DNA of 64,000 nt. Source: an uncultured Chloroflexia bacterium. Its GTDB lineage: Bacteria > Chloroflexota > Dehalococcoidia > DSTF01 > JALHUB01. Under the pieces are notes generated by a model. It was not told the origin of the DNA, searched no databases, and worked only from the letters and a program-made list of their open reading frames with translations. Shown in pieces: positions 23,980 to 35,661 of this stretch. The first letter of the stretch is position 1. Each line of letters opens with the position of its first letter. Location of the stretch: contig CAVSBT010000016.1 in assembly GCA_963726245.1 (NCBI GenBank), forward strand, positions 32,001-96,000, in the 5' to 3' direction. A program made the position numbers and the translations under genes.

Positions 23980-24606
23980 CTATCGTGAGTAGAATTCGAC
24001 AATGACGCTGGCATCAAACTTCGCTTCGGTATCGCCCAGACCGGGCGGACTCAGCACGCGCCCCACCATGGCTTCGGTGTCCAAGTTCAGCCATCCAGGG
24101 ACGCGCGCACTCTTCGCCATTTGCTGCGCTATTTTGAAAGCCTCCGTTTCCTTGCTGGGTGCTCGCCAGCCGATGACGTCGCCGGCCTTCACCTGGCAGG
24201 AAGGCACGTCGGTCTTCCGGCCGTTGAGGAGGATATGGCCGTGACGGACCACCTGGCGGGCCTGGGAACGGGAATCGGCGAAACCCAGACGGTAGATCAC
24301 GTTGTCGAGACGCATCTCCAGCAGACGCAGGAGGTTCTCTCCCGTGACGCCCGGCCGGTGCACGGCTTCCCGATAGTAGCGACGGAACTGGCGCTCCATG
24401 ATGCCGTAGCTGTAGCGCGCCTTCTGCTTCTCGCGAAGCTGGAGGGCGCGGTCGGACACCCGGCGCCGCCGCGGGCTGCGGTTCCCCGGGGGAGTGGGGC
24501 GCTTCTCGAAGGCGCACTTCGGGCCGAAGCAGCGCTCCCCCTTCAGCATGAGCTTGTCGCCGTAGCGGCGACAGAGCCTACAGACCGGTCCGGTGTATCG
24601 AGCCAT
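23980..24606 (-). CDS. rpsD: 30S ribosomal protein S4
   Basis: [28 protein letters not shown]. Confidence 0.98.
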   Translation of the reverse strand: MARYTGPVCRLCRRYGDKLMLKGERCFGPKCAFEKRPTPPGNRSPRRRRVSDRALQLREKQKARYSYGIMERQFRRYYREAVHRPGVTGENLLRLLEMRLDNVIYRLGFADSRSQARQVVRHGHILLNGRKTDVPSCQVKAGDVIGWRAPSKETEAFKIAQQMAKSARVPGWLNLDTEAMVGRVLSPPGLGDTEAKFDASVIVEFYSR

Positions 24607-24631
24607 TCAAAGACCCCCGCTAAAGCCCCGT

Positions 24632-25024
24632 CTATACGCGGCGCCGCTTGGGTGGCCGGCAGCCGTTGTGAGGTATGGGCGTCATGTCGCGAATGCTTAG
24701 GATCGAGATCCCCGCCGCCTGGAGCGAGCGGATGGCGGCCTCCCGGCCGCTGCCCGGCCCCCGCACGAAGACGTCCACCTGCCGCATGCCGTGCTCCATG
24801 GCTCGGCGGGCCGCCGCCTCCGCCGCCATCTGGGCGGCGAATGGGGTGCTCTTGCGCGAGCCCTTGAAGCCCGCGGAGCCGGCGCTACTCCAGGCCACGA
24901 CGTTCCCGTTAGGGTCCGTCATGGTGATAAGCGTGTTGTTGAACGTGGACTGTATGTAGGCGCGACCCCGCGGCACGGACTTCCGTTCCCGCCTTCGCGC
25001 TCGAGTCTTCTTCTTCTCTGCCAT
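24632..25024 (-). CDS. rpsK: 30S ribosomal protein S11
   Basis: [32 protein letters not shown]. Confidence 0.98.
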   Translation of the reverse strand: MAEKKKTRARRRERKSVPRGRAYIQSTFNNTLITMTDPNGNVVAWSSAGSAGFKGSRKSTPFAAQMAAEAAARRAMEHGMRQVDVFVRGPGSGREAAIRSLQAAGISILSIRDMTPIPHNGCRPPKRRRV

Positions 25025-25052
25025 TCCGTTTCCTCAGGTCTCAGCAGCCAGG

Positions 25053-25436
25053 TTACTTCTTGGCGACAGAGCGACGCTTGCCGGCCACCGTCCGGCGGGC
25101 GCCTCGCTTCGTGCGGGCGTTGGTGCGGGTGCGCTGTCCGTGCACCGGCAGCCCGCGACGGTGGCGCATGCCGCGGTAGCAGTTGATCTCGATCAGGCGC
25201 TGGATGTTCTGCCTCACCTCGCGCCGCAGGTCGCCTTCCACCGTGTACCCACGGTCGATGTTCTCCCGGATGCTGGTCACCTCGTCATCGGTGAGGTCCC
25301 GCACGCGGGTCTCCGGCGAGACTTTGGCGGCGGCGACGATCCGGCTGGCCAGGGTGGGGCCGATGCCGTAGATGTAGCGCAAGGCGATGTCGACCCGCTT
25401 ATCCCTGGGGATGTCTACACCGGCAATACGTGCCAT
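25053..25436 (-). CDS. rpsM: 30S ribosomal protein S13
   Basis: [20 protein letters not shown]. Confidence 0.98.
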   Translation of the reverse strand: MARIAGVDIPRDKRVDIALRYIYGIGPTLASRIVAAAKVSPETRVRDLTDDEVTSIRENIDRGYTVEGDLRREVRQNIQRLIEINCYRGMRHRRGLPVHGQRTRTNARTKRGARRTVAGKRRSVAKK

Positions 25437-25475
25437 GTCACCTCCTAGCCCGCACGCAGCGTGGAGTGTCCAATC

Positions 25476-25589
25476 CTAGCCCTGGCGCTGCTTGTGCTTC
25501 GGATTCTCACAGATAATCCTAAGCACGCCACGGCGCCGGATCAGCTTGCATTTCTCGCAGCGCGGCTTTACCGATGCCCTTACCTTCAT
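25476..25589 (-). CDS. rpmJ: 50S ribosomal protein L36 (not in ORF track)
   Basis: Manual translation [37 protein letters not shown]. Confidence 0.97.
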   Translation of the reverse strand: MKVRASVKPRCEKCKLIRRRGVLRIICENPKHKQRQG

Positions 25590-25599
25590 CGAACTCTCT

Positions 25600-25818
25600 C
25601 TACTTGAACCGGTAGGTTATGCGGCCCCGGCTCAGGTCGTAGGGCGAAAGCTCCACCAGCACCCGGTCTCCAGGCAGGATCTTGATGAAGTGGAGCCTTA
25701 TCTTGCCCGAGATGTGCGCCAGCACCTGGTGGCCGTTGGGCAGCTCAACGCGGAACATGGCGTTGGGCAAGGGTTCCTTCACCAGCCCCTCGACCTCTAT
25801 TGCTTCCTTTTTCCCCAT
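25600..25818 (-). CDS. infA: translation initiation factor IF-1
   Basis: [26 protein letters not shown]. Confidence 0.98.
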   Translation of the reverse strand: MGKKEAIEVEGLVKEPLPNAMFRVELPNGHQVLAHISGKIRLHFIKILPGDRVLVELSPYDLSRGRITYRFK

Positions 25819-25838
25819 TCTCCCATCCGTTCCCTGTC

Positions 25839-26588
25839 TCAGGGAAGGGTCAGAACCTGCGCCTCGCCATCCGTGATGGCGATGGTGTGCTCGAAGTGGG
25901 CCGACAGGCTGCCGTCAAGGGTGCTGACCGTCCAGTTGTCGCTGTCACGCTTCGTGCGCCAGTCGCCGACGTTCACCATGGGCTCCAGAGCCAGCACCAT
26001 CCCCTTGCTGAGGATGGGACCCCGGTCCGGCGGGCCGTAGTTGGGCACCTGAGGCTCCTCGTGCATCTCCCGTCCGACGCCATGGCCCACGTACTCACGC
26101 ACCACCGAGAAGCCCGCGCCCTCGGCGTGGCGCTGGATGGCGAAGGAGACGGCCCCCAGCGGCGCACCGGCCCGGGCCGCCGCGATCCCCTTCCAGAGCG
26201 CCTCCTCCGTGGTCTTGACGAGACGCTCCGCCTCGGGGCTGATGCGGCCCACTCCGACGGTGATGGCCGCGTCACCCACGAAGCCGCGATGTGTGGCACC
26301 CAGGTCTATGCTGACGATATCTCCTTCTTGGAGGACTCTGTCCCCCGGGATGCCGTGCACTATCTGGTCGTTCACCGACACGCAGACGGTGGCCGGGTAG
26401 CCGTGATAGCCAAGAAAGGTTGGCGTCACCTCCCGCGCCGTGAACTCACGCCGGACGATGTCGTCCAGCTCCTTGACGACAAGCCCAGGACGAATCTCCT
26501 TCTTCAGTATCTCCAAGACCTGCGCGACGATGCGCCCCGCCTCGCGGATGATGGCGACCTCGTCGGCCGACTTTATGATAATGGGCAT
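25839..26588 (-). CDS. map: methionine aminopeptidase
   Basis: VHGIPG, GHGVG, HEEP, SAHFEHT. Confidence 0.97.
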   Translation of the reverse strand: MPIIIKSADEVAIIREAGRIVAQVLEILKKEIRPGLVVKELDDIVRREFTAREVTPTFLGYHGYPATVCVSVNDQIVHGIPGDRVLQEGDIVSIDLGATHRGFVGDAAITVGVGRISPEAERLVKTTEEALWKGIAAARAGAPLGAVSFAIQRHAEGAGFSVVREYVGHGVGREMHEEPQVPNYGPPDRGPILSKGMVLALEPMVNVGDWRTKRDSDNWTVSTLDGSLSAHFEHTIAITDGEAQVLTLP

Positions 26589-26615
26589 GAGCCGCCTTTC
26601 TAGCTCACACCCCCG

Positions 26616-27275
26616 TCAACGCGCCGGTGTCGAAGGACCCAGGCCCTTCAGCAGGGCCCGGCCCACAGCCTCTATGCCCTGCCCGCCGTCCACCTCGACC
26701 AGCTTGCCGCGCTGGCGGTAGTACTCCACCAAAGGTTCCGTGTCCCGGAAGTAGACGGTCAGGCGCCGGCGTACCGTCTCCGGCTGGTCGTCGCTCCGCT
26801 GGTACAGCTCGCCGCCGCACTGGTCGCAGCGACCGGCGGTCTTGGGCGGGCTGTTCCGCTGGTGATAGACGGCGCCACACTGGCGGCAGGTCCAGCGGCC
26901 GCCCAGGCGCTCTATCAGCTCCTCCTCACCGACCCGGATGTAGGCCACCTGGTCCACGGCCTGGCCTCGCCCGGCCAGGGCGCTGTCCAGGGCCTTGGCC
27001 TGCTCCAGGGTACGGGGGAACCCGTCCAGCATGCAGCCGCCGGCGCAGTCGGGCTGCGTCAGCCGCTCCAGGAGCATGCGGACGGTGATCTCATCGGGCA
27101 CCAGTTCGCCCCGGTCCACGTAGGCCTTGGCCTGCTGTCCCACCTCGCTGCCCGAGCGCATCGCCTCCCGGAACATGTCGCCGGTGGCGATGTGGGCAAG
27201 GTCCCGCGCTTGCGCCAGGAGCGCCGCCTGTGTACCCTTGCCGGCCCCTGGGGGCCCCAGCAGGATCAGAAACAT
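26616..27275 (-). CDS. adk: adenylate kinase
   Basis: GPPGAGKGTQA, LDGFPRT, Zn-type LID CRQC/CDQC. Confidence 0.98.
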   Translation of the reverse strand: MFLILLGPPGAGKGTQAALLAQARDLAHIATGDMFREAMRSGSEVGQQAKAYVDRGELVPDEITVRMLLERLTQPDCAGGCMLDGFPRTLEQAKALDSALAGRGQAVDQVAYIRVGEEELIERLGGRWTCRQCGAVYHQRNSPPKTAGRCDQCGGELYQRSDDQPETVRRRLTVYFRDTEPLVEYYRQRGKLVEVDGGQGIEAVGRALLKGLGPSTPAR

Positions 27276-27288
27276 CTGGCTACCCTCA

Positions 27289-28620
27289 TCAGCGAATGAA
27301 ACCCCCGTAGTCTCGCATCAAGAGTTGGGCCTCAAGCTGTCGCATGGTATCCAGCACCACGCCCACCACGATTATGAGCCCCGTGCTGCTGATACTTAGC
27401 TGCTGCACGTTCGTGAAGCGGGTGAAGAAGAAGGGCACCACAGCCACGAATCCCAGGAATATACCGCCGGCCCAGGTGATCCGCACCAGCACCCGCATGA
27501 TGTACTCCTGGGTGGGCCGCCCGGGTCTTATGCCGGGTATGAAGCCTCCTTGCTTTTGCAGGTTCTCGGCCAAGTTTTGCTGCTGGAAGATGACCAGCGT
27601 GTAGAAGAAAGTGAATATCACGACCAGGAAGAAGACCATGATATAGTACGGCCCTCCCCTGGGAGTGAAGATCCTCACGAGGAAGTCGGCCGTGTTCGCC
27701 ACCCAGGCCGTGCTGGAGCCCTGGAAGGCCTGGGCCGCGGCCGACGGGAAGATAACCAGCGAATAGGCGAAGATAAGCGGGATCATGCCTGCCGAGTTGA
27801 CCCGCAGCGGGATGTGGGTGGCCCCCGACTGCCGGTACATGCGCCCGCCCCGGAAGAGGCTGCGCGCGTACTGCACGGGCACCCGCCGCTGCGCCTCCTG
27901 CACGAAGACGATGGCCGCCAGCAGGCCGAAGACCAGCAATACCATGACGCCGATGCCCGCCAGGCCGGCCGAGGAGCTGGCGATGGTGGGCAGCATGCTC
28001 GGCAGGGAGGCTACTATGCCAGCGAAGATAATGATGGACACGCCGTTGCCGATGCCGTTCTCCGTGATGAGCTCGCCCAGCCAGACCAGGAACATGGTGC
28101 CGGCCGTCATGGAGATCACGGCGGCCGCCGTGGGCAGCGCCTCGCTGCCGGACACCCCTATGCCGCTGATGGCGCCCGACCGCTGCAGGACGATGAGCTG
28201 GCTGTAGCCCTGGATGACGGCCAGGGGTATGGCCAGCCAGTGGGTGTACTGCTGGATCTTGTTGTGCCCCGACTCCCCTTCCTTGGACAGCGCCTGGAGC
28301 GAGGGCACGATGGGGATCATGACCTGTAGGATGATCGAGGCCGTGATGTACGGATAGACGCCCAGAGCCGCCACGCTGAGGTTGCGCAGGGCGCCGCCGC
28401 TGAACAGGTTCAGGAAGCCCAGGACCGCGTTGTTCTCGAAGGCCTGTTTCAGGAGTTTCGGATCGATGCCGGGGATGGGCATGTGGGCCACGAACCGGAA
28501 GATGACGAGCATGGCGAAAGTGAAGAGCAGCTTTCGCCTCAGGTCCGGCTGCTGGAAGGCGTCGAAAAGCGCCTGAAGCAGCCGCGGTCGTTGGGTCTGC
28601 TGGGCCCGGGACGCGATCAC
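27289..28620 (-). CDS. secY: preprotein translocase SecY
   Basis: [26 protein letters not shown]. Confidence 0.98.
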   Translation of the reverse strand: MIASRAQQTQRPRLLQALFDAFQQPDLRRKLLFTFAMLVIFRFVAHMPIPGIDPKLLKQAFENNAVLGFLNLFSGGALRNLSVAALGVYPYITASIILQVMIPIVPSLQALSKEGESGHNKIQQYTHWLAIPLAVIQGYSQLIVLQRSGAISGIGVSGSEALPTAAAVISMTAGTMFLVWLGELITENGIGNGVSIIIFAGIVASLPSMLPTIASSSAGLAGIGVMVLLVFGLLAAIVFVQEAQRRVPVQYARSLFRGGRMYRQSGATHIPLRVNSAGMIPLIFAYSLVIFPSAAAQAFQGSSTAWVANTADFLVRIFTPRGGPYYIMVFFLVVIFTFFYTLVIFQQQNLAENLQKQGGFIPGIRPGRPTQEYIMRVLVRITWAGGIFLGFVAVVPFFFTRFTNVQQLSISSTGLIIVVGVVLDTMRQLEAQLLMRDYGGFIR

Positions 28621-29366
28621 GCCTCTATCACCTCTGCCGTGCCTTCGGCCGGCTCGACCACCTCTGCCTTACGTCGGGCGGCCTTCCTTACCTTTGCCTT
28701 GCCTCCAGCGGCCTCCGGCACCTCTGCCTCTTCCGCCGGCTCGACCACCTCTGCCTTAGCTTCGGCCGCCTCCGTCACCTCTGCCTTGGCTCCGGCGGCC
28801 TCCGGCACCTCCGCCGTGCCTTCCGCCGGCTCGACCACCTCTGCCTTGCGTCGGGCGGCCTTTTTCACCTCTGTCTTGGCTCCGACAGCCTCTATCACCT
28901 CTGCCTCGGCTCCGACGGCCCCTATCACCTCTGCCTTGCCACCGGCCGCCTCGATCTTCTCGCGTGCGGCCGCCGAGAACTTATGCGCATGCACGGTCAA
29001 GGCGCCTTCCAGGTCGCCCTGGCCCAGGACCTTGACCGGCTTCTTGAGATTCTTGATGACGCCCGCCCGCACGAGCGCTTCCGGCGTGACATCGCTACCG
29101 GTTGGGAAGCGGCTGGGCAGGCTGCTCAGGTTCACCTCCGCGTACTCGACGCGAAAGATGTTGGTGAAGCCGCGCTTGCGCGACAGGCGCCGGATCAGAG
29201 GGAGTTGCCCTCCCTCGAAGCCGAGGTGCAGTCCGGGGCCGCTGCGAGCCTTCTGGCCCTTGAGTCCCCGACCCGAATACGTACCGTGGCCGCTGGCGTT
29301 GCCACGGCCCACGCGCTTGCGCTTGTGCTTGGCGCCCCTCGGTGGCCGCAGGTCATTCTGTAGCAT
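28617..29366 (-). CDS. rplO: 50S ribosomal protein L15 with repetitive C-terminal extension
   Basis: [32 protein letters not shown] followed by a tail of about 100 aa. Confidence 0.97.
   Translation of the reverse strand: MLQNDLRPPRGAKHKRKRVGRGNASGHGTYSGRGLKGQKARSGPGLHLGFEGGQLPLIRRLSRKRGFTNIFRVEYAEVNLSSLPSRFPTGSDVTPEALVRAGVIKNLKKPVKVLGQGDLEGALTVHAHKFSAAAREKIEAAGGKAEVIGAVGAEAEVIEAVGAKTEVKKAARRKAEVVEPAEGTAEVPEAAGAKAEVTEAAEAKAEVVEPAEEAEVPEAAGGKAKVRKAARRKAEVVEPAEGTAEVIEA
28620..28955 (-). repeat. about 11 degenerate 30-bp (10-aa) coding repeats in the rplO tail
   Basis: Units such as [30 protein letters not shown]; recurring CACCTCTGCC on the + strand. Confidence 0.9.
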
Positions 29367-29369
29367 CGG

Positions 29370-29555
29370 CTACTCGCTGACCTCCTCGACGGCCACCAGG
29401 TGCTTCACTTTGGTGATCATACCACGCACCGAACGTGAATCGCTATGTTCGACGGTCTGGCCCAGGCGTCGCAGCCCCAGGGCCTCGATCGTCCTCTTCT
29501 GGTCCATCTGGTAGCCAATGGCGCTCTTCTTCCAGGTGATCCTAAGCCGGCCCAC
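29370..29555 (-). CDS. rpmD: 50S ribosomal protein L30
   Basis: [20 protein letters not shown]. Confidence 0.96.
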   Translation of the reverse strand: MGRLRITWKKSAIGYQMDQKRTIEALGLRRLGQTVEHSDSRSVRGMITKVKHLVAVEEVSE

Positions 29556-30072
29556 GAGAAGCCTCCGCGGCTTTCGCCGCCGCCCGGCGACGCGCCAGTT
29601 CCACTCGCGGCTCGCGCATGTTCTGCAGGCCCTGCATGGTGGCCTTGACCACGTTGATGGGGTTGGCGCTGCCCAGGGACTTGGTAAGGATGTCCTTGAT
29701 GCCCGCAGCCTCGACGACGGCCCGAACGCCCCCTCCAGCGATGGCGCCCGTCCCCGCTGAGGCCGGCTTCATCAAGACCTTGGCCGCGCCATAGCGAGCC
29801 AGCACCGGGTGGGGGATGGTGGTCCCAACCATAGGTACCTGGATCAGGTTCTTGCGGGCGATGGCCGCCCCCTTGCGGATCGCCTCTGGCACCTCGTTGG
29901 CTTTGCCCAGGCCGGCCCCCACGCGTCCCTGTCCGTCTCCTACAACCACCACGGCGCTGAAACTGAAGCGGCGGCCGCCCTTGACCACCTTGGAGACGCG
30001 GTTGATGTACACAACCTTCTCTGTCAGCTCCAGCTTGCGAGCGTCGCTATCATCAAACGGCGTTGTTACCAT
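29542..30072 (-). CDS. rpsE: 30S ribosomal protein S5
   Basis: [22 protein letters not shown]. Confidence 0.98.
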   Translation of the reverse strand: MVTTPFDDSDARKLELTEKVVYINRVSKVVKGGRRFSFSAVVVVGDGQGRVGAGLGKANEVPEAIRKGAAIARKNLIQVPMVGTTIPHPVLARYGAAKVLMKPASAGTGAIAGGGVRAVVEAAGIKDILTKSLGSANPINVVKATMQGLQNMREPRVELARRRAAAKAAEASRGPA

Positions 30073-30082
30073 GCCTGTATCC

Positions 30083-30451
30083 TCAGAACTTCAGGCCCGC
30101 CTCGCGAGCAGCCTCGGCCAGGGCCTTCACTCGACCGTGGTACTTGTACCCTCCCCGGTCGAAGACGATCTCCTTGATGCCCTTCTCCAGGGCGCGCTGT
30201 CCCACCAGTTTGCCGACCAGCGCGGCCCGACCTGTCTTGCGTGTGCCGTCGACGCTGGCCCGCGCCTCCTTCTCCAGGTCCGATGCGGCAACCAGCGTTC
30301 GCCCGCTCTCGTCGTCGATCACCTGAGCGTAGATGTGGGACAGGCTGCGGAAGATACAGAGCCGGGGACGGCTCGCCGTGCCTTCCACCCGCTTTCTGAC
30401 CCGGACGTGGCGCCGCCGGCGCGCCGCCCAGGCGGTGTTACCGCTTTTCAT
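30083..30451 (-). CDS. rplR: 50S ribosomal protein L18
   Basis: [21 protein letters not shown]. Confidence 0.98.
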   Translation of the reverse strand: MKSGNTAWAARRRRHVRVRKRVEGTASRPRLCIFRSLSHIYAQVIDDESGRTLVAASDLEKEARASVDGTRKTGRAALVGKLVGQRALEKGIKEIVFDRGGYKYHGRVKALAEAAREAGLKF

Positions 30452-30462
30452 CTATGCCCGCG

Positions 30463-31008
30463 TCACCTGACGGCCTTGCCCGCCTTACCGGCCTTGCGTC
30501 GCACGTGCTCACCGGCGTAGCGAATGCCCTTGCCCTTGTACGGCTCGGGAGGACGTACGCGGCGGATCTCCGCCGCCACCTGTCCAACCTTCTCTTTGTC
30601 GATGCCGCGCACATGGATGCGGTTCGTCCCTTCCACTTCCAGGCTGATGCCCTCCGGGGGCGCGATCTCCACCGTGTGGGAGAGCCCCACGGAGAGGACG
30701 AGCCGGTCACCCTGCTGTTGCGCGCGGTAGCCCACTCCCTGCATCTCCAGCGTCTTCGTGAACCCCTTCTGGACGCCGATCACCATGTTGGCCACCAGCG
30801 TCCGTGTGAGCCCGTGGAGGGAACGGTGACGGGGCGCGTCGCTGGGGCGCGCCACTCTCAGCTCGCCCTCCCCCAGATGAAGGAGCATTTCGGGGTGAAG
30901 ATCGCGCGAAAGCTCACCGCGGGGCCCCTTCACTGTGACGTGGTTCCCCTCGATCTCCACCTTCACGTCAGGCGAGACGGCTATCGGCAGTCGACCTACG
31001 CGAGACAT
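30463..31008 (-). CDS. rplF: 50S ribosomal protein L6
   Basis: [20 protein letters not shown]. Confidence 0.98.
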   Translation of the reverse strand: MSRVGRLPIAVSPDVKVEIEGNHVTVKGPRGELSRDLHPEMLLHLGEGELRVARPSDAPRHRSLHGLTRTLVANMVIGVQKGFTKTLEMQGVGYRAQQQGDRLVLSVGLSHTVEIAPPEGISLEVEGTNRIHVRGIDKEKVGQVAAEIRRVRPPEPYKGKGIRYAGEHVRRKAGKAGKAVR

Positions 31009-31021
31009 CTCCCTGATTCAC

Positions 31022-31420
31022 CTACCAGACGTAGCAGAGCAGCTCGCCACCTATCCGCTGGCGCCAGGCCTGCTGCCCCGTCATCACTCCCTGAGGAGTG
31101 GACATGATGGCGATGCCCAGACCGCCGTACACGCGCGGAATCTCCCCGTTCTGCACGTAGACCCGCAGGCCGGGCTTGCTCACTCTTCGAATGCCGCTGA
31201 GAAGGGACTCCTTCTTTCCCACGTAGACGAGTTGGATTCGCAACGTCTTGCGCGGGCCCTCCTCCTTGGTCTCAAAGTCACGAATGAACCCCTCCTCCTT
31301 GAGCACACGGGCTATGGCCACCTTGAGCTTGGAGGCGGGGACGTTGACGTAGTCGTGCTTGGCCGCCACCGCGTTGCGGATGCGGGTCAGCATATCGGCG
31401 ATTGGGTCTGTCATGTTCAT
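31022..31420 (-). CDS. rpsH: 30S ribosomal protein S8
   Basis: [20 protein letters not shown]. Confidence 0.98.
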   Translation of the reverse strand: MNMTDPIADMLTRIRNAVAAKHDYVNVPASKLKVAIARVLKEEGFIRDFETKEEGPRKTLRIQLVYVGKKESLLSGIRRVSKPGLRVYVQNGEIPRVYGGLGIAIMSTPQGVMTGQQAWRQRIGGELLCYVW

Positions 31421-31486
31421 CGCTGGCTCCCTCCTGTGGCGGAGGCGGTACGGAGACCGCCCGTGGCCTCTAGAGCCAACACCTGC

Positions 31487-31672
31487 CTACCAGCTAGACT
31501 TCTGTACTCCCGGCAACTGACCCTCCAGGGCCAGGTGGCGGAAGCATATGCGGCACATGCCGAACAACCGGATGAAGGCGCGGGGGCGGCCGCAGAGGCG
31601 ACAACGGTTCCTCTGGCGAGACTGATACTTGGCGGGCCGCCGGGCCCTGACGATCTTGGATATCTTTGCCAA
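31487..31672 (-). CDS. rpsN: 30S ribosomal protein S14 (short Zn-binding type)
   Basis: RCRLCGRP...CRICFR...KSSW. Confidence 0.97.
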   Translation of the reverse strand: MAKISKIVRARRPAKYQSRQRNRCRLCGRPRAFIRLFGMCRICFRHLALEGQLPGVQKSSW

Positions 31673-31686
31673 CTTCCTCGCGCCCC

Positions 31687-32232
31687 CTAATTACGGCTAA
31701 ATGGCATCCCCAGGAGCTGCAGCAGCCGCTTGCCCTCTTCGTCGTTGCGGGCGGTGGTAACCAGCGTCATCTGCAGCCCACGGATGTGGTCTATCTTGTC
31801 GTACTCGATCTCCGGGAAGATAAGCTGCTCCCGGATGCCCAGGGTGTAGTTGCCGCGGCCGTCGAAGCCCTTGTTGGAGACGCCGTGGAAGTCACGGATG
31901 CGCGGCAGAGCGGCGTTCACCATCCGGTCGATGAACTCCCACATGCGGTCACCGCGCACCGTCACCATCAGTCCGATGGCGTTACCCTCCCGGATCTTGA
32001 AGTTGGCGATGGAGCGCCTGGCGCGGGTGATGACGGGCTTCTGGCCGGTGATGGCGGCGATGTCGCTGGCCGCCGAGTCCATGGCCTTCGGGTTCTGGAG
32101 GGCCTCCCCCATGCCGATGTTGATCACGACCTTCTCCAGGCGGGGCACCTCCATGGCATTGCGGTAGCCGAACTCCTTCATAAGGGCCGGCACCACGTCC
32201 TGCCGGTACGTCTCTTTCAGCCTGGGTATCAC
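31687..32232 (-). CDS. rplE: 50S ribosomal protein L5
   Basis: ITGQKP, FDGRGNY, IFPEI. Confidence 0.98.
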   Translation of the reverse strand: MIPRLKETYRQDVVPALMKEFGYRNAMEVPRLEKVVINIGMGEALQNPKAMDSAASDIAAITGQKPVITRARRSIANFKIREGNAIGLMVTVRGDRMWEFIDRMVNAALPRIRDFHGVSNKGFDGRGNYTLGIREQLIFPEIEYDKIDHIRGLQMTLVTTARNDEEGKRLLQLLGMPFSRN

Positions 32233-32241
32233 CTGGCCTCC

Positions 32242-32556
32242 CTAATCGATGTCCTCTTTGCAGATGCGACAGATGCGCGCCTTGACGCCGTCCTGCCGCA
32301 CACGCGTGGCCACCCTTGTCGGCTTCGCGCAGCTCTTGCAGATGAGCATGACGTTGGAGGCGTGGATCGGGGCCTCCTTCTCGATGATGCCGGCCTGTGT
32401 GCCCATGGCCCGGGGGCGCATGTGCCGCTTGATCATGTTCACCCCCTGCACCACGAGCCGGTTCTCTCGGGGGAACACCTGCCTCACCTGCCCCTGCTTG
32501 CCCCGGTCCTTGCCGGCGATCACCAGCACCACGTCTTCCCGCTTGATCCTGCCCAC
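32242..32556 (-). CDS. rplX: 50S ribosomal protein L24
   Basis: VIAGKDRGKQG, EAPIHASNV. Confidence 0.97.
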   Translation of the reverse strand: MGRIKREDVVLVIAGKDRGKQGQVRQVFPRENRLVVQGVNMIKRHMRPRAMGTQAGIIEKEAPIHASNVMLICKSCAKPTRVATRVRQDGVKARICRICKEDID

Positions 32557-32557
32557 C

Positions 32558-32926
32558 TCAGACCACCTCCGGCGCCAGGGAGACGATCTTCATGAACTGG
32601 CGCTCCCTCAACTCGCGAGCCACCGGCCCGAAGATGCGGCTCCCGCGCGGGTTCTGCTTGTCGGAGAGAAGGACGGCCGCATTCTCGTCGAAGCGGATGT
32701 AGGAGCCGTCCCGACGCCCGTACGTCTTGGCGGTCCGCACCACCACCGCCCGCACCACGTCGCCTTTCTTGACGGCGGCGCCCGGCTGCGCCAGCTTGAC
32801 GGCGGCGACGATGACGTCTCCCACTCGGGCATAGCGACGGCGCGTGCCTCCCAGAACCTGGATGCACATGACCACGCGCGCCCCCGAGTTGTCGGCCACC
32901 TTCAGGCGAGAGAACTTTTGGATCAC
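32558..32926 (-). CDS. rplN: 50S ribosomal protein L14
   Basis: [23 protein letters not shown]. Confidence 0.98.
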   Translation of the reverse strand: MIQKFSRLKVADNSGARVVMCIQVLGGTRRRYARVGDVIVAAVKLAQPGAAVKKGDVVRAVVVRTAKTYGRRDGSYIRFDENAAVLLSDKQNPRGSRIFGPVARELRERQFMKIVSLAPEVV

Positions 32927-33857
32927 CGCTCTTCCTCGACCTCCGGCGCTTCCTGCGTCGCCTCAGGCGGCGCCTCTTCGGCCTCGGTGACGGGCTCCGG
33001 CACCTCGGCCACGGCCTCGGGCTCCACGACGGCCTCCGGCGCCTCGACTACGGCTTCGGGCTCCACGACGGCCTCCGGCGCCTCAGCCACGGCCTCGGGC
33101 TCCACGACGGCCTCCGGCGCCTCGACCACGGCTTCGGGCTCCACGACCGCCTCCGGCGCCTCAGCCACGGCTTCGGGCTCCACGACGGCCTCCGGCGCCT
33201 CGACCACGGCTTCGGGCTCCACGACGGCCTCCGGCGCCTCGACCACGGCTTCGGGCTCCACGACGGCCTCCGGCGCCTCAGCCACGGCCTCGGGCTCCAC
33301 GACGGCCTCCGGCGCCTCGACCACGGCTTCGGGCTCCACGACGGCCTCCGGCGCCTCGACCACGGCTTCGGGCTCCACGACGGCCTCCGGCGCCTCAGCC
33401 ACGGCTTCGGGCTCCACGACGGCCTCCGGCGCCTCAGCCACGGCCTCGGGCTCCACGACGGCCTCCGGCGCCTCGCCACGGCCTCGGCCTCTACGACCGC
33501 CTCCGGCGCCTCTGCCGCGCGCTCCACCACCGGGGGCGGCGTCTTGGCGCTGAGCTCCTCGATCAGCTCGGCGTCGATCTCCTGCGGCTTCACCTCGGCC
33601 ACCTCGCCGCGTACCAGCACCTCGGCGACGCGCCAGCGCTTCTCCCGCGACAGGGGCCGTGTCTCGACGATGCGCACGAGGTCGCCTAGGCCGCAGACAC
33701 TGTTCTCATCGTGGACCTTGAAGCGCCGCGTCTGTCGCAGGATCTTCTTGTAGATGCGGTGACGCTTGAAGGTCTCGATGGCGACCACCACAGTCTTCTG
33801 CATCTTGTTGGAGACAACGACGCCGATGCGTTCTTTGCGACGAGTTTCTCCCGTCAC
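32923..33857 (-). CDS. rpsQ: 30S ribosomal protein S17 with long acidic tandem-repeat tail (frameshift about 33474)
   Basis: [14 protein letters not shown]...HDE...[11 protein letters not shown], then the [12 protein letters not shown](A/V) repeats ending at a TGA that overlaps the rplN start. Confidence 0.93.
33000..33512 (-). repeat. about 13 tandem copies of a 39-bp unit (13 aa [12 protein letters not shown][A/V])
   Basis: Near-identical units, e.g. GGCTCCACGACGGCCTCCGGCGCCTCAGCCACGGCCTCG on the + strand, with no spacers. Confidence 0.95.
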
Positions 33858-34105
33858 GACCCATGCTCCTCGGCGGCAGCGAAGGCCGCCTCCAGTTCTT
33901 TTTCGCGCTGTATGGTCTTGATGCGGGCGATGCGCCGCCGTACCTTGCTCGCCTCGTTGACGTTGGTGAGCTGGCGGGTGGATAGCTGGAGGCGCACCGT
34001 GAAGGACTGACGGTAGGCTTCGCCCAGCTCCTTGTCCAGGTCCTCGCCGGACTTGGCCCGCAGCTCCTGCAACGCCTTGTTTGCTCGCTTGACCTTGGCC
34101 GCCAT
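33854..34105 (-). CDS. rpmC: 50S ribosomal protein L29
   Basis: [17 protein letters not shown], expected position. Confidence 0.95.
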   Translation of the reverse strand: MAAKVKRANKALQELRAKSGEDLDKELGEAYRQSFTVRLQLSTRQLTNVNEASKVRRRIARIKTIQREKELEAAFAAAEEHGS

Positions 34106-34108
34106 CTT

Positions 34109-34528
34109 CTATAGACCCTCGTGTTCCCTGGCGATGAAGCGGGTGTCCAGGGGCAGCTTGTGCGATGCGAGGCGCATGGCCTCGCGGGCCACGTCCTCCC
34201 GCACGCCGGCGATCTCGAAGAGCATGCGGCCGGGCTTGACTACGGCTACCCAGTGGTCCACGGCGCCTTTGCCGCTGCCCATGCGCGTCTCCGCCGGCTT
34301 GCTGGTCACCGGCTTGTCGGGGAAGATGCGGATCCAGACCTTGCCGCCGCGTCGCACGTGGTGGGTGATGGCGCGCCGCGCTGCCTCGATCTGGCGGCTG
34401 GCGATCCAGGCTCGCCCCACGGCCTGGAGGCCAAACTCCCCGAAGGACACCTGGTTGCCGGCGTTGGCCTGCCCGCGGCGGTGTCCGCGGTGGACCTTGC
34501 GCCACTTGACCCGTTTTGGTTGAAGCAC
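34109..34528 (-). CDS. rplP: 50S ribosomal protein L16
   Basis: [18 protein letters not shown]. Confidence 0.98.
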   Translation of the reverse strand: MLQPKRVKWRKVHRGHRRGQANAGNQVSFGEFGLQAVGRAWIASRQIEAARRAITHHVRRGGKVWIRIFPDKPVTSKPAETRMGSGKGAVDHWVAVVKPGRMLFEIAGVREDVAREAMRLASHKLPLDTRFIAREHEGL

Positions 34529-34530
34529 AG

Positions 34531-35316
34531 CTATTGCTCCGCCGATTGACTATTGGCGGGCGCCCCTTGCTCAGCCGGTGCAACGCCCTCAGCTTGGGCA
34601 CCCTCTCCCTCGCCCGGCGACGCCGACGCCACCCCAACGGGCGCCTCCTCCTCGACCTCGGCTTCCTTTGGCTTCCGAGGCGCCTTGGCTTCGGGCAGGA
34701 TGTCACCCTTGTAGATCCAGGCCTTGACGCCGATGCGGCCGAAGGTGGTGTGGGCTTCCGCCATCCCGTAGTCGATGTCGGCGCGGAGGGTGTGAAGGGG
34801 CACGCGGCCCTCCATGTCCGTCTCCCGGCGCGACATCTCGGAGCCGCCCAGGCGCCCGCCCACCGTGATCTTGACTCCTTTAGCGCCCCGCTGCATGGTT
34901 CGGGCCACGCTCTGCTTGAGGACGCGCCGGAAGGAAACCCGCCGCTGCAACTGCTCGGCGACGCTGCGGGCCACCAGTTGAGCGTCCAGCTCCGGCTGCC
35001 GGATCTCGGTGATGTTGACCCGCACCCGGCGGCCCGTCAGGCGCTCCAGCGTCAGCCGCAGCTCATCTACCTTCTGTCCGCCACGGCCGATGACGATGCC
35101 GGGCTTCGCGGTGTGCACCGTCACCACCACGTGGTTGGCATCGCGGTCGATCTCCACCTTCGAGATGCTGGCGTCCGCCAGGCCCTTCATGATGGTGCGC
35201 CGGATCGTCAGGTCCTCGTGCAGGAGACTCGTGTAGTGGCGATCGGCGTACCACTTGCTCTGCCAGCCGTAGATGATGCCCAGGCGAAACCCCGTCGGGT
35301 GGACCTTGTGACCCAC
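34531..35316 (-). CDS. rpsC: 30S ribosomal protein S3
   Basis: [24 protein letters not shown]. Confidence 0.98.
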   Translation of the reverse strand: MGHKVHPTGFRLGIIYGWQSKWYADRHYTSLLHEDLTIRRTIMKGLADASISKVEIDRDANHVVVTVHTAKPGIVIGRGGQKVDELRLTLERLTGRRVRVNITEIRQPELDAQLVARSVAEQLQRRVSFRRVLKQSVARTMQRGAKGVKITVGGRLGGSEMSRRETDMEGRVPLHTLRADIDYGMAEAHTTFGRIGVKAWIYKGDILPEAKAPRKPKEAEVEEEAPVGVASASPGEGEGAQAEGVAPAEQGAPANSQSAEQ

Positions 35317-35317
35317 G

Positions 35318-35656
35318 CTAAGTCTCCTGTTCTGCCACCACGATGGTTATGTGGCTCGAGGGGCGCCTAATGACTGCGGCGCGACCTCGCGGCCGCGGAC
35401 GGAACCTCTTTTGGCGGCGCGCCTCGCCCGCGTAGGCGGCCGTGATGCGCAGGTCCGCCATCGACATCTGGAAGTTGTTCTCGGCGTTGGCCGCCGCCGA
35501 TTTCACCAGCTTGGCCACCATGCGCGCGTTCGGCGTCGGCATGAACTGGAGCAAGGTAAGGGCCTCCTGGACCCGCTTGCCGGGCAGGGTCTCCAGCACC
35601 AGCCGCACTTTGCGGGCCGATACGCCGGTATGCTTGGCAGTGGCCTTGATCTCCAT
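35318..35656 (-). CDS. rplV: 50S ribosomal protein L22
   Basis: [17 protein letters not shown]. Confidence 0.97.
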   Translation of the reverse strand: MEIKATAKHTGVSARKVRLVLETLPGKRVQEALTLLQFMPTPNARMVAKLVKSAAANAENNFQMSMADLRITAAYAGEARRQKRFRPRPRGRAAVIRRPSSHITIVVAEQET

Positions 35657-35661
35657 GATCG

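Noticed and set aside
33000-33512. 39-bp repeat array as a CRISPR array
   Set aside because: The units are contiguous with no unique spacers, the length is a multiple of 3, the array lies inside rpsQ, and there are no cas genes.
32249-33553. 434-aa + strand ORF with ASGSTTASG repeats (mucin/adhesin-like)
   Set aside because: It is the antisense shadow of rplX, rplN and the rpsQ repeat.
33048-34706. 552-aa ORF with RRRRPSWSP repeats
   Set aside because: It is a chimera of off-frame rplP/rpmC, the true S17 core and the repeat read out of frame after an indel. The acidic frame begins before the indel and couples to rplN.
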